A stretch of 64,000 nt of DNA, taken from Fimbriiglobus sp. (lineage in GTDB: Bacteria; Planctomycetota; Planctomycetia; Gemmatales; Gemmataceae). Location: contig JBOFPH010000075.1 in NCBI GenBank assembly GCA_051659845.1, positions 97,994 to 161,993 of the forward strand, written 5' to 3'. The notes under the pieces were generated by a model. It searched no databases, was not told the DNA's origin, and saw nothing but the letters and a program-made list of their open reading frames with translations. Both the position numbers and the translations under genes were made by a program. This document shows positions 1-8,954 of this stretch, piece by piece; within the stretch, counting starts at the first letter, position 1; each line of letters starts with the position of its first letter.

Positions 1-501
1 GCGATTCAGAAGCTGCCAGAGTTTCGCGAGATGCCGATGGTCGTGGATGTCCAGCGGGCGGTGGCGATCGTCAGTGGCGAAGTGCCGTCACTGACCCTAC
101 TGCCGAAGTTGCGAGAGGCGATTGCTGGTGTGCCGGGTGTGCGGGATGTCAGTTTGCGTTGTTGGGATCCATCAGCCGCGGAGCGGTTCACGGCCAGGGC
201 TCAGCAGATTCAGCCCGTTCCATTGCTTGTGATCGAGCCGCCGTCGGTGTTGCCAAGAGTCGATCGGCGTGTGGCCTCCGAGACGGTGACCATGAAGCCA
301 GGTCTGGTCCCTGAGCAGGCAGTCGAAGCGATCCGCCGAAGTGAGCTGCGCTTCGCCAAGCTCGATCTCGCCTGGGAAGGCCGGATGCTCGTGATTACCG
401 GGAAGGCTCCGACCCACGAAGACGTGAGCGACTTCATTCAGCGAGTTCGCAAGCTACCAGGCATCGAGCGTGTCCGCCGGGGAAGCATATCTGCGGAGTA
501 G
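1..501 (+). CDS. C-terminal fragment of a BON-domain-like hypothetical protein (ORF open at window start)
   Basis: The reading frame is open from nt 1 (AIQKLPEFRE precedes the first Met). BON-like segments (…GVRDVSL…, …VITGKAPTHEDVSDFIQRVRKLPGIERV…). No other recognisable motif. Confidence 0.4.
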   Translation, partial: AIQKLPEFREMPMVVDVQRAVAIVSGEVPSLTLLPKLREAIAGVPGVRDVSLRCWDPSAAERFTARAQQIQPVPLLVIEPPSVLPRVDRRVASETVTMKPGLVPEQAVEAIRRSELRFAKLDLAWEGRMLVITGKAPTHEDVSDFIQRVRKLPGIERVRRGSISAE

Positions 502-591
502 GGAATAGGGTGTCGGCAATAGGGTCTAGCAGAGTGATCACCACCAATCAGCCCGCGGCTAACGACCTGGGAATCTCTGCTAAACCCGATA

Positions 592-611
592 CCCTACACC
601 CTACACCCTAG
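592..611. repeat. Short tandem heptamer repeat (CCCTACA)x~3 in an intergenic region
   Basis: Direct reading: accctacaccctacaccctag, just upstream of the yhaM-like gene. Confidence 0.5.
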
Positions 612-628
612 TTAGAAAGCGATCGAGC

Positions 629-1633
629 ATGAGCCGGAGATTTGTCGAGCAGTTTCGAGATGGTGATGAGATCGATGAAGTCTACCTCGCGGTGGACAAG
701 CAACTGCGGGCCAATCGAAACGGCAATCTCTTCCTTCAGGTCGAGTTACGCGACCGCACGGGTGGTATCTCGGCACGGATGTGGAACGCTGGTGATCAGC
801 AGTTTCGCTCCTTCGACAATGGCGATTTTATCCATGTCGAAGCCAAAGTGCAGAACTTCCAAGGTTCGCTGCAAGTCATCTTAAACCACTTTGAAAAGGT
901 CGAATCGCAGAAGATTGACATCGGGGATTTCCTCCCACGCACCGAGCAGGACATCGGCAAACTCACCGAACGGCTGCGAACTTATCTCTTCAAACTCACG
1001 AACCCCAGCCTGCGTGCTCTCGGCGAATTGTTCCTTACCGACGACCAGTTTCTCAAAGGCTTCCAAACGTGCCCGGCCGGGGTCAAGTTGCATCATGCCT
1101 ACGTTGGTGGGTTGCTCGAACACGTCGTCACGATGATGGACATCGCCGAGCGGCTCTTGCCGTTCTACCCCGGCACCGACCGCGAGCTGACGTTGATGGG
1201 AGTCTTCCTGCACGACATCGGCAAGACCCGGGAACTCAGTTACGCTCGGGCTTTTGGCTACACCGATGAAGGCCAGTTGATCGGCCACATCCCGATGGGT
1301 TTGGAAATGCTCAACGAGAAGATCGCAGGTGTGTCCGAACTCACGGGTGAGCCATTCCCACGCGAACTGCTCGTGCGACTCAAGCACATGATCCTCAGCC
1401 ACCACGGTACCCTCGAATACGGTAGCCCGAAGATCCCGATGACTCCCGAAGCCATGTTGTTACACACCATCGACCTGATGGATACGAGGATGCATATGGT
1501 CTTGCGAGACATGCGCGAAGACCGTGCCAACCAAACCGCCTGGACCCCCTACAACGCTAACCTGGGCCGCCGCTTCTACAAAGGCGGGCCCAACGGCGAC
1601 CTCTTCACCAGCCACTCCGAGAACTACGACTGA
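629..1633 (+). CDS. YhaM-family 3'-5' exoribonuclease (OB-fold plus HD domain)
   Basis: The N-terminal OB-fold region is followed by an HD-domain signature: HHAYVGGLLEHV…LHDIGK…HH. Length 334 aa fits YhaM/Cbf1. Confidence 0.8.
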   Translation: MSRRFVEQFRDGDEIDEVYLAVDKQLRANRNGNLFLQVELRDRTGGISARMWNAGDQQFRSFDNGDFIHVEAKVQNFQGSLQVILNHFEKVESQKIDIGDFLPRTEQDIGKLTERLRTYLFKLTNPSLRALGELFLTDDQFLKGFQTCPAGVKLHHAYVGGLLEHVVTMMDIAERLLPFYPGTDRELTLMGVFLHDIGKTRELSYARAFGYTDEGQLIGHIPMGLEMLNEKIAGVSELTGEPFPRELLVRLKHMILSHHGTLEYGSPKIPMTPEAMLLHTIDLMDTRMHMVLRDMREDRANQTAWTPYNANLGRRFYKGGPNGDLFTSHSENYD

Positions 1634-1855
1634 TCGAACTGTGCCTTGTTGAGATCAAGAAGAGCCAATCGTGGCATGGGCTTCCAGCCCATGCGTTCAG
1701 CGACAGCGAGTTCCCATCCGCACGGCCAAGATGGCCGTGCCACCAGAGAATTCTGATGGACCCAAAGCCTCGCGAAAATCTGGATAGCGGGCTTCGTGGA
1801 AGCCCGTTAGACTATCATCAGTGGTCCAGATCCTTCGACCGAAGAAAGGCGACAC

Positions 1856-3163
1856 ATGCTTCGTCACAGCTTTCACATACTCCTGGTCCTTCTCGGGCTA
1901 ACGACTCTCATGGCCATGGCCCGTGATGAGAAACCGAACGAGGAAGCCCTCGAGAAGACCATCAGCGAGTTGAACAAGCTCTCCAGTCTTGATGCCCTCA
2001 ACGGCAAACTGCGGGAGTTCAACAAGGATAAGCCCAAGTCGAAGCAACTGGTGGAGTTCGCGGCCAAGAAACTCAAAGCCGCTGGCAACGACGAGAAACC
2101 CATCAAGTTCAACACCGCGCTTCTGCTCGGTCGCTTGGCACTCAACGTCAAGGACACCAAGGCCGCAACGGGCTTCTACGGCTTCTGTTACGACGAAGGT
2201 GAAAAGCTCCAGAGCTTCAAGAAGATGATGGATGCCTACGATCCGCTGATGGACATCTACTGGTTGAAGAAGGAATTCGACAAAGCCGAGGAACTCACCA
2301 AACGCACCCTCGAATCGGGTGGTAACGACGCGGAGCAACTGCAAGAGTATTTCGTTGAGAAGCTCATCATGACCAAGGCCAAGGCTGGCGACACCGATGA
2401 AGCGCTTCGCATGGCCGAGAACCTGGTCAAGCTCAGCAAAGGAAACTGGTATTTCCAGAAGCTCAAAGGCGATGTCTACCTCGAAGCCGATAAGCTCGAC
2501 GAAGCAACCTCCACGTACGAAACCACCATCGAAAAGATGGAGAAGGATCTCGCCGCGGCCAAGAAGGGCAAGGGCGAACGGAACGTGGCCTTGGCCGAGG
2601 AACTGACTCGCCAGACCAAGACGATGAAGTACATGCTCACGAGCGTTTACGTCGATAACGGCGAAGTCGATAAGTGCGTGGCTTTGCTCGAAAAGCTCAT
2701 CAAAGAAGACCCCGATCGCGCGACCTATTACAACGACCTTGGCTTCATCCTGGCGGACCATGACAAGCGTCTGGAAGAGTCCGAGAAGTTCGTTCGCAAG
2801 GCCCTCGAACTGGACGCCGCCGACCGCAAGAAGCTGCTGAAAGAAGAGAAGATCACCGAAGAAATCGCCAAGGAAGAGAACGCTGCCTACCTCGATAGCC
2901 TCGGTTGGGTGCTCTACAAACGCGGCAAGTACGAGGAAGCCCTGAAGTACCTCAAGAAGTCGAGCGAAGACCCCGACCAAGGCAACCACATCGAAATCTT
3001 CGACCACGTCGCCGATTGCCTGGTGAAACTCGACCGCAAGAAGGAAGCCATCGAGATGTGGGAGAAAGCTCTCAAACTCGAAGATGTCAGCAAGCGTGAC
3101 ATCGAACGCCGCAAGAAAGTCATCGCGAAGCTCAAGAAGCTCCGCGCGGAAATCGAGAAGTAA
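1856..3163 (+). CDS. Secreted Lys-rich TPR-repeat protein
   Basis: Signal peptide MLRHSFHILLVLLGLTTLMAMA. Repeated A/Y/L-rich helical pairs typical of TPR (…EEALKYLKKS…, …EAIEMWEKALKLED…). A 426-aa antisense ORF here is a GC shadow. Confidence 0.7.
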   Translation: MLRHSFHILLVLLGLTTLMAMARDEKPNEEALEKTISELNKLSSLDALNGKLREFNKDKPKSKQLVEFAAKKLKAAGNDEKPIKFNTALLLGRLALNVKDTKAATGFYGFCYDEGEKLQSFKKMMDAYDPLMDIYWLKKEFDKAEELTKRTLESGGNDAEQLQEYFVEKLIMTKAKAGDTDEALRMAENLVKLSKGNWYFQKLKGDVYLEADKLDEATSTYETTIEKMEKDLAAAKKGKGERNVALAEELTRQTKTMKYMLTSVYVDNGEVDKCVALLEKLIKEDPDRATYYNDLGFILADHDKRLEESEKFVRKALELDAADRKKLLKEEKITEEIAKEENAAYLDSLGWVLYKRGKYEEALKYLKKSSEDPDQGNHIEIFDHVADCLVKLDRKKEAIEMWEKALKLEDVSKRDIERRKKVIAKLKKLRAEIEK

Positions 3164-3321
3164 GTCGCGATGTAACAATCAGAAACCACCTCAGCCCATC
3201 CTTGTGATGGGCTGTTTCGTTGATCGGCTCCGAATCCTCATTTCGCCGAAGAAATCGTGGATCAAATCAAGCCGCCTCCCGGAATAATAGATGTGGAAAC
3301 TGGCGACCAAGGTGCTTGTGG

Positions 3322-6300
3322 ATGCCAAAGCGTTCGTTGAGTTTGTTCGTTCGGCGGATTCGTGACTACGAGGGTGACACGCCGACGGATGGTGAGTTAC
3401 TCTCGCAGTTTTTGAGTCTGCGTGACGAGACGTCCATCGCGGTGTTGGTGGAGCGGCACGCCCCGATGGTCTGGGGAGTCTGCTCTCGCATCCTTCGTCA
3501 CCCCCAGGATGCCGAGGATGCGTTCCAAGCCACGTTTTTGGTCCTGATCCAGAAAGCCGAGACGGTTCAGCCTCGCGAGATGCTCGCCCACTGGCTTTAC
3601 GGCGTAGCCCAGAAGACGGCATTACGATTGAAAGCGTCCGCGGCCAAGCGAGGCTGGCGCGAGGGGCAGCGAAGTCAGCTGCCCGAAGCAATCACTGCGG
3701 AAGCTCCCCACGACGACTCATTGTCATTACTCGATGAGGAAATGGGCCGGCTACCAACGCGGTTCCGCAACTTGATTGTGCTCTGCGACCTCGAAGGACG
3801 CACCCGGACCGAAGTCGCCCGGCAACTCGGCTGCCCTGAGGGCACTGTCGCTAGTCGGCTTTCCCGAGCCAGAGATATGCTCGCCAAACGGCTCACTCGC
3901 CGCGGGCTGGTGATGACCAGCGCGACCTTGAGCACAGTCCTTTCACAAGCGGCGATGTCGGCCAGTGTGCCGACATCGACCCTGACATCCACGATCAACG
4001 TGGCCACCCTGCTCACCGCAGGAAACGCTGCCGGATTGATCTCCGGCCCCGTGGCCATGCTCACACAAGGAGTCTTGCAAACCATGATGCTCAAGAAAAT
4101 CCTCACGACGACCTTCGCCGTGTTAGCCCTCAGTGCGGCAGTCATCACCGGCGGAAGCCTAGCCCTCGGGCAAATCGGCACCAAGCCAAAACCGGAATCG
4201 ACAACTGAGCCGCCCTCAACTCTCAAACCTCCTCGCTTCGTGTCTGATCCGACAACTCCGGTTCCAGTGCCTGGGCCAGCCGCTTCGGATCTCCCGCCGA
4301 ACGATCTCGAACGACTTCAGGGTCAGTGGGTCTCACGGAAGATCACTTTTGACCCACCGATTCAAGCTGATGTCCTGGTGGGAGATGTGTATCACGAATT
4401 GCTGTTCGAAGAGCAAACACTCACCTCGGTGACACTCGATTCCAAAACCCACAAAGAGGAGTCGAGTTGGCGTGGTCCGTTCAAACTCAACCAAACCGCC
4501 ACTCCCAAGCAGCTGAGCTTTGAGAACACCGAAAAGATCGAGTGGAGCTATCACGTCCAAGGCGACAATCTCAAGATCGCCCGTTTCGTGGGGAGTGGAA
4601 ACGGAGTCAAAACTCCCGGCCACCCCAAAGGGTTCACCGCCCAAGAGAACAAGCTCAATCCGGGCGGGCACCTCATGGTCATCGAATACACTCGCGGCTT
4701 TGCTGAAGGCACTGATCCCCGCGAGATCTTCTGGAAACTGTACTCACTCAAAGACGGTGAAGACGTCAAATACATCCCCCTGACTCCTGCCGTGCGGATC
4801 ATCAGGCAGCGTTATCAGGCGAGCTTTAAAGGCGGATCGCAGCTGAAACCGGGACAGATCCTCATGTGCCGTTTCGAGAGAAATGAGTTGGTTGGCGTTC
4901 GTGTCAAAGGCGGAGCCGTGGACGAGAAAGGGAATGGGGGAGAATGGTTTTCCAACATCCTCCAGGCGGCGCTTCGTGAAGAAGATGACATCGCTTTGGA
5001 GTTCGCCCCGGATTCGGTGGACCCCGGGTTGTTGTCCGGCGATTGGGTCATCCGCACCGAGGCCACATCCGAAGCCCGTGTCAAAGGGCTGATCAAGGTG
5101 CTGAACGAAGTTTGCAAAGTGCCGGTGGACATGAAGCTCGCGGACTTGGAGCGAGACGTCATGATCGCCTCGGGGGAGTACAAGTTTTCCCCACGGAAGT
5201 GGCGAAAGGACGGAGTGTGGGTCTGTTTACTAGAAGAGGACGACGCGAAACTTGTTAATCGAGCGACATCACAGCTCGGCGGACTGGATCAATTTCTACG
5301 AGAACTGGGCAAATTTGCTCATGTGAAGCTCGTCGCAGGTGAGGTGAAGTTTCCACCAAGAAGCCTTCGATGGTACCTGGTCCAACCCAACCGGTTCAGG
5401 CAAGCTGCTGTAGTACACGAGGATCCCCTTGAAGTCATCCTGAACCGAGTCACCGAGCAAACCGGCCTGACCTTCAAACCCGCCAAGCGCAAGGTTCCTG
5501 TACTGACCGTCAAGACAGCCCCGATCCAGGATGACGCCAAGCTCCTTCAAGGTGTCTGGAAATCGACGAAAGTCACCTTTGACCCACCCGTGCCACCCCC
5601 GCAAGGGCCACCCGGAGTTCCAGGTCTGCAGGCGATCACATTCGTGGCTCGACATGAACTGACCATCAGCGCTGATGAAGTGACCTGGGCATCGTTCGGC
5701 ACAGAGCCACTAACACCGGGAACACCTCGAGCGAGGTCCATGGGAAGTGGGCCACTGAAACTCAATACCAAGGCCAATCCAAAACAGATCACGGTCGAAA
5801 ACAACGAGTGCATTTACGAATTGGAAGGCGACAAACTGAAACTGGCCATGTACTCGGCTAATCCGGGAGTCGGTAACACTCCTGGTCGGCCCAAGGGTTT
5901 CACGGCGAAAGATAGCCCGCCGAACAAAGACTGCCATGTCATGGTCATCGAGTTCACGCGAGAGAAGGATGACGAACCTGCTTGGAAGAAAGAAATCCAG
6001 AAGCTCTACTCTCTCCGAGATGGCGAAGATGTCCGATTCGTTCCTTTTACCCCTGAGATCAAGCTGGCCCGTGAGAACTACTTCCGCGAGACCTTTGGGC
6101 ACATCAAAGAGGCCATGAGACTGGGATCGAGGCAAGTGATGACCTTTGAATTTGGCCCAGCTGGAGTCGTGTGCAAGTCCGTCCGTGGCAGGGGGGGAGA
6201 AAATACGGGTGTCGTCATGGCGGACATCTTATCGGACGCCTTCAAGTCTGATGATGACCTCCGCATTCAACTCGATCCACGATTGGCGAAAACCGATCTT

Positions 6301-7227
6301 CCCGGGGACTGGATCTTCCGAAAGGATGCAACAATCCAACGCCGAATGCAGGGAATCGAGAAGGCACTCCGGGAACAATGCAAAACACCTGTAGACTTGA
6401 CTCTTGCCAATGAAGAACGCGATGTCTTCGTGGCTTCAGGTGCATACAAGTTGGCACCTCGGGAATGGAGCAAGTTTGCCGTCCATGTGTACGCTGATGA
6501 GAAAGATGTTGACAAGAAAAATGGTGATCCAGCTTCTGGTGGCACTGTTAGCGATCTCAAGTATTTCTTGAAGTCCATCAGCGGATACACTGGAGTCGAA
6601 CTCGTCGCAGGTGAGATCTTGTCGCCTCCCAAAAGTCTGATGTGGTATTACCATGAACGCAACTCGCCGAGGATCGAGGGACAGAAGGAAGACCACGACG
6701 CTGTCGCCATTCTCAAAAACGTCAGCGAGCAAACAGGGTTGATCTTCACGCCTGCCAAACGCAAGTTGCCACTCTTGACCGTGAAGCCTGTCACGGAATC
6801 GAATTCAGCACCATCTGTCAGCGTCACTGGGCGCAAGGGTGGCAAGGAGGTCGCTTATGCTGGTGGCCAAGCCACGGTCGCTCAGGGGTTGGCCATCGCT
6901 CTCTTTGGCTCGGCGCGCTTGGAGTTCCCGGCGACCGAAGAGCGTTGGAAAGCGAGCCTTCAACGGGACCATCTTTTGCTGCGCTTCGAAAAGCCTGTCA
7001 CCTTAGCGATGATGGCCGATGGCAAGAAGTATGAGGTGGACGAAATCCTGATCCGCACGAATCCCAACGACATTGCCCCAGCCGCCCGCAACCCGAAAGC
7101 CGACTGGGGTGCTGGTGATACGCTCATGATTCGCTGTGGCGACAAATACTACTCCTTCGCCAAGTACGAAGGAGTTCTGATGGAACCGCTCCTCAACTGG
7201 TTCGGAGCGTCACCGAGTCGGGAGTGA
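3322..7227 (+). CDS. ECF (sigma-70 family) RNA polymerase sigma factor, membrane-tethered, with a ~1000-aa extracytoplasmic C-terminal extension that is internally duplicated
   Basis: Sigma region 2 (…LVERHAPMVWGVCSRILRHPQDAEDAFQATFLVL…) and region 4 HTH (…LCDLEGRTRTEVARQLGCPEGTVASRLSRARDML…). A single TM helix (LKKILTTTFAVLALSAAVITGGSLALG) follows. After it, two consecutive homologous ~410-aa modules. Start chosen at ATG 3322 (MPKRSLSLFVRR…), in frame with ORF 3220. Confidence 0.85.
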   Translation: MPKRSLSLFVRRIRDYEGDTPTDGELLSQFLSLRDETSIAVLVERHAPMVWGVCSRILRHPQDAEDAFQATFLVLIQKAETVQPREMLAHWLYGVAQKTALRLKASAAKRGWREGQRSQLPEAITAEAPHDDSLSLLDEEMGRLPTRFRNLIVLCDLEGRTRTEVARQLGCPEGTVASRLSRARDMLAKRLTRRGLVMTSATLSTVLSQAAMSASVPTSTLTSTINVATLLTAGNAAGLISGPVAMLTQGVLQTMMLKKILTTTFAVLALSAAVITGGSLALGQIGTKPKPESTTEPPSTLKPPRFVSDPTTPVPVPGPAASDLPPNDLERLQGQWVSRKITFDPPIQADVLVGDVYHELLFEEQTLTSVTLDSKTHKEESSWRGPFKLNQTATPKQLSFENTEKIEWSYHVQGDNLKIARFVGSGNGVKTPGHPKGFTAQENKLNPGGHLMVIEYTRGFAEGTDPREIFWKLYSLKDGEDVKYIPLTPAVRIIRQRYQASFKGGSQLKPGQILMCRFERNELVGVRVKGGAVDEKGNGGEWFSNILQAALREEDDIALEFAPDSVDPGLLSGDWVIRTEATSEARVKGLIKVLNEVCKVPVDMKLADLERDVMIASGEYKFSPRKWRKDGVWVCLLEEDDAKLVNRATSQLGGLDQFLRELGKFAHVKLVAGEVKFPPRSLRWYLVQPNRFRQAAVVHEDPLEVILNRVTEQTGLTFKPAKRKVPVLTVKTAPIQDDAKLLQGVWKSTKVTFDPPVPPPQGPPGVPGLQAITFVARHELTISADEVTWASFGTEPLTPGTPRARSMGSGPLKLNTKANPKQITVENNECIYELEGDKLKLAMYSANPGVGNTPGRPKGFTAKDSPPNKDCHVMVIEFTREKDDEPAWKKEIQKLYSLRDGEDVRFVPFTPEIKLARENYFRETFGHIKEAMRLGSRQVMTFEFGPAGVVCKSVRGRGGENTGVVMADILSDAFKSDDDLRIQLDPRLAKTDLPGDWIFRKDATIQRRMQGIEKALREQCKTPVDLTLANEERDVFVASGAYKLAPREWSKFAVHVYADEKDVDKKNGDPASGGTVSDLKYFLKSISGYTGVELVAGEILSPPKSLMWYYHERNSPRIEGQKEDHDAVAILKNVSEQTGLIFTPAKRKLPLLTVKPVTESNSAPSVSVTGRKGGKEVAYAGGQATVAQGLAIALFGSARLEFPATEERWKASLQRDHLLLRFEKPVTLAMMADGKKYEVDEILIRTNPNDIAPAARNPKADWGAGDTLMIRCGDKYYSFAKYEGVLMEPLLNWFGASPSRE
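4303..6790 (+). repeat. Tandem in-frame duplication of a ~1.25-kb module inside the ECF sigma extension (copy 1 ~4303-5529, copy 2 ~5530-6790)
   Basis: Paired segments: LQGQWVSRKITFDPP…PKGFTAQENKLNPGGHLMVIEYTRG…KLYSLKDGEDVKYIPLTP versus LQGVWKSTKVTFDPP…PKGFTAKDSPPNKDCHVMVIEFTRE…KLYSLRDGEDVRFVPFTP. Also WVIRTEATSEARVKGLIKVLNEVCKVPVDMKLADLERDVMIASGEYKFSPRKWRK versus WIFRKDATIQRRMQGIEKALREQCKTPVDLTLANEERDVFVASGAYKLAPREWSK. And …LVAGEVKFPPRSLRWY…TEQTGLTFKPAKRKVPVLTVK versus …LVAGEILSPPKSLMWY…SEQTGLIFTPAKRKLPLLTVK. Confidence 0.7.
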
Positions 7228-7228
7228 G

Positions 7229-7789
7229 TTACACCGCTTCGCGGCGGGCTTTGGTCTCGGCAGGTTGGTTGAGGTGCGGGCCTTTGACGGGACTGACGGG
7301 GTGGGCTTTCATGGTCTTGCCCATGTCGAGTGGCACAGCACCGTAAGTGATCGTGTCCGCTTCTTCAAAGTCCGAGTCGTAGTCGTCATAGCGGCAGATG
7401 TAACCAGGTTGGCGGGCCTTGAGCTTCTCGTCTTCGTAAGCCCGGACGACGGCTTGTTGCATCATGTCGCGGGAGCCGGCGTGGATCGGGTGGGCGATGT
7501 CGGCGTGGAGTTTGGCACGGCCACCGTCCATGGTGCGCATCGCCCGGCTCTCGTCGAGGCGCTTGCCGCAGTGGTTGCAGAAGCTGGCACGCAGGTGGTT
7601 CTTGCTGCCGCAGTGTGGGCAACGATCGGTGAGTTTCCGGCTTGGCATGGCGACGAAGACACCCCGCGTGCCTTCGATAATCTTCAAATCCCGGATGACG
7701 AAGGCATTGTTGAACGTGATGGAGCAAAACGCCAGGAGGCGTTCGTTATTCTCTTCGCATAACTTGATACGGACTTCCGTGATGTTCAC
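7229..7789 (-). CDS. spoVG: SpoVG-family protein with an inserted Cys4 zinc ribbon and an acidic C-terminal extension
   Basis: The N-terminus aligns to SpoVG (MNITEVRIKL…FCSITFNNAFVIRDLKIIEGTRGVFVAMPSRK…DIAHPIHAGSRD…). The loop before DIAHPI carries the insertion RCPHCGSKNHLRASFCNHCGKRL. About 85 extra C-terminal residues are rich in D/E. Overlaps ispE by 4 nt (operon). Confidence 0.8.
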   Translation of the reverse strand: MNITEVRIKLCEENNERLLAFCSITFNNAFVIRDLKIIEGTRGVFVAMPSRKLTDRCPHCGSKNHLRASFCNHCGKRLDESRAMRTMDGGRAKLHADIAHPIHAGSRDMMQQAVVRAYEDEKLKARQPGYICRYDDYDSDFEEADTITYGAVPLDMGKTMKAHPVSPVKGPHLNQPAETKARREAV

Positions 7790-8718
7790 GATCTTGCTCC
7801 TAGCGGTGTCGCGGGTCTCGGTGAGCGGGGTTTTAACGTTCGAACGACGTAGATTTGGACATCGGGCGTGGACGATTGCGATCGGTACTCGTGGGCAATC
7901 CGTCGAGCATCGGCAGCGTCACTCGCCAGGGCGAAAACGGCTGAGCCACTCCCGGAGAGGAGCACCGCTTGTGGGGCGCAGTTGCGAAGTTCATCATGAA
8001 TCGTGGCCACACGCGGCTCGACAGCGAACGCCGGAGCTTGCAGGCGGTTGTGGAGGCTAGTGGCGAGAGTCTTGAGGTCTTGGGCGTTACGAATGGCTTG
8101 TGAGTCTTGGCGTGTCGTCGGTGGCGTGTGATGCTGGTAGACCTTCGCCGTACTCAAGCCAAAAGGCGGCTTGACGACCACGAGATCGAGCGAAAAGGGT
8201 AACTCGGCTGGTGTGACGACTTCACCGCGACCACTGCACCACGCTGCGGGACCAGCCAGGAATGCTCCAACATCGGAACCAATCGACCCCGCGATTTCGA
8301 CGAGTGTTTCTGTCGGCAGATTCAGTTTCCAGAGACGATTGAGCATGACGAGTGACAGTGCCGCGTCACTGGAGCCGCCCCCCATTCCCGCTTCGTGGGG
8401 AATCCGTTTTGTGAGGTGGAGCTTGGCCCCGTGAGCAGTCCTAGTCGCTGTTTGCAGAGCCAAGGCGGCTTTCAGGACCAAGTTCGTTGGACCCGTTGGG
8501 ATGCTCGGCTCGGAGCAGGTCAAGGTGAGGGCAGGGGAGCGACTGGCGGTGAGTGTGTCGTAAAGATTTACGGCAACGATCAGCGTCTCGACTTCATGGA
8601 AGCCATCCGGCCGTTTGCTGAGCACTTCTAAGAAAAGATTGACCTTGGCTGGAGCCCAGCCAATGAGTGAATCGGGGCCGGCGACGAGAGTGCAATCGTG
8701 GGTCAAGTCGGCGAGCAT
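7786..8718 (-). CDS. ispE: 4-diphosphocytidyl-2-C-methyl-D-erythritol kinase
   Basis: GHMP-kinase motifs: PAKVNLFLEV…RPDGFHEVETL and IPHEAGMGGGSSDAA. Start set at internal Met (MLADLTH…) by alignment to E. coli IspE; the longer ORF reaches 8772. Confidence 0.85.
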   Translation of the reverse strand: MLADLTHDCTLVAGPDSLIGWAPAKVNLFLEVLSKRPDGFHEVETLIVAVNLYDTLTASRSPALTLTCSEPSIPTGPTNLVLKAALALQTATRTAHGAKLHLTKRIPHEAGMGGGSSDAALSLVMLNRLWKLNLPTETLVEIAGSIGSDVGAFLAGPAAWCSGRGEVVTPAELPFSLDLVVVKPPFGLSTAKVYQHHTPPTTRQDSQAIRNAQDLKTLATSLHNRLQAPAFAVEPRVATIHDELRNCAPQAVLLSGSGSAVFALASDAADARRIAHEYRSQSSTPDVQIYVVRTLKPRSPRPATPLGARS

Positions 8719-8954
8719 TAGGCAGCCCGCCTTGGCAATATTTGGACTTGTTTGTCTGGAGTGCCGTACCAATTACTCATCGCAGACCATCCGTGGCGCG
8801 AACCTTCAGCGTCATCGTCGTGCTGGGTCGTCGTTTCTAAGGGTGCAAGTCCATCAGGTTGGCAGAAAGTACCCGGTCTCTTCTGGCAAGTCAATATCTG
8901 GCGTAGTCCGATTGTTCGGATTTTGTCAAATATTCTGCCAGCAAAAGCCGACAC

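Noticed and set aside
1898-3178. 426-aa minus-strand ORF antisense to the TPR gene, and similar long antisense ORFs at 17438-18559 (versus prfB), 3675-4226, 9369-10199 and 39579-39965
   Set aside because: All overlap confidently called genes on the other strand and show low-complexity Arg/Leu/Gly-rich translations. They are high-GC shadow ORFs.
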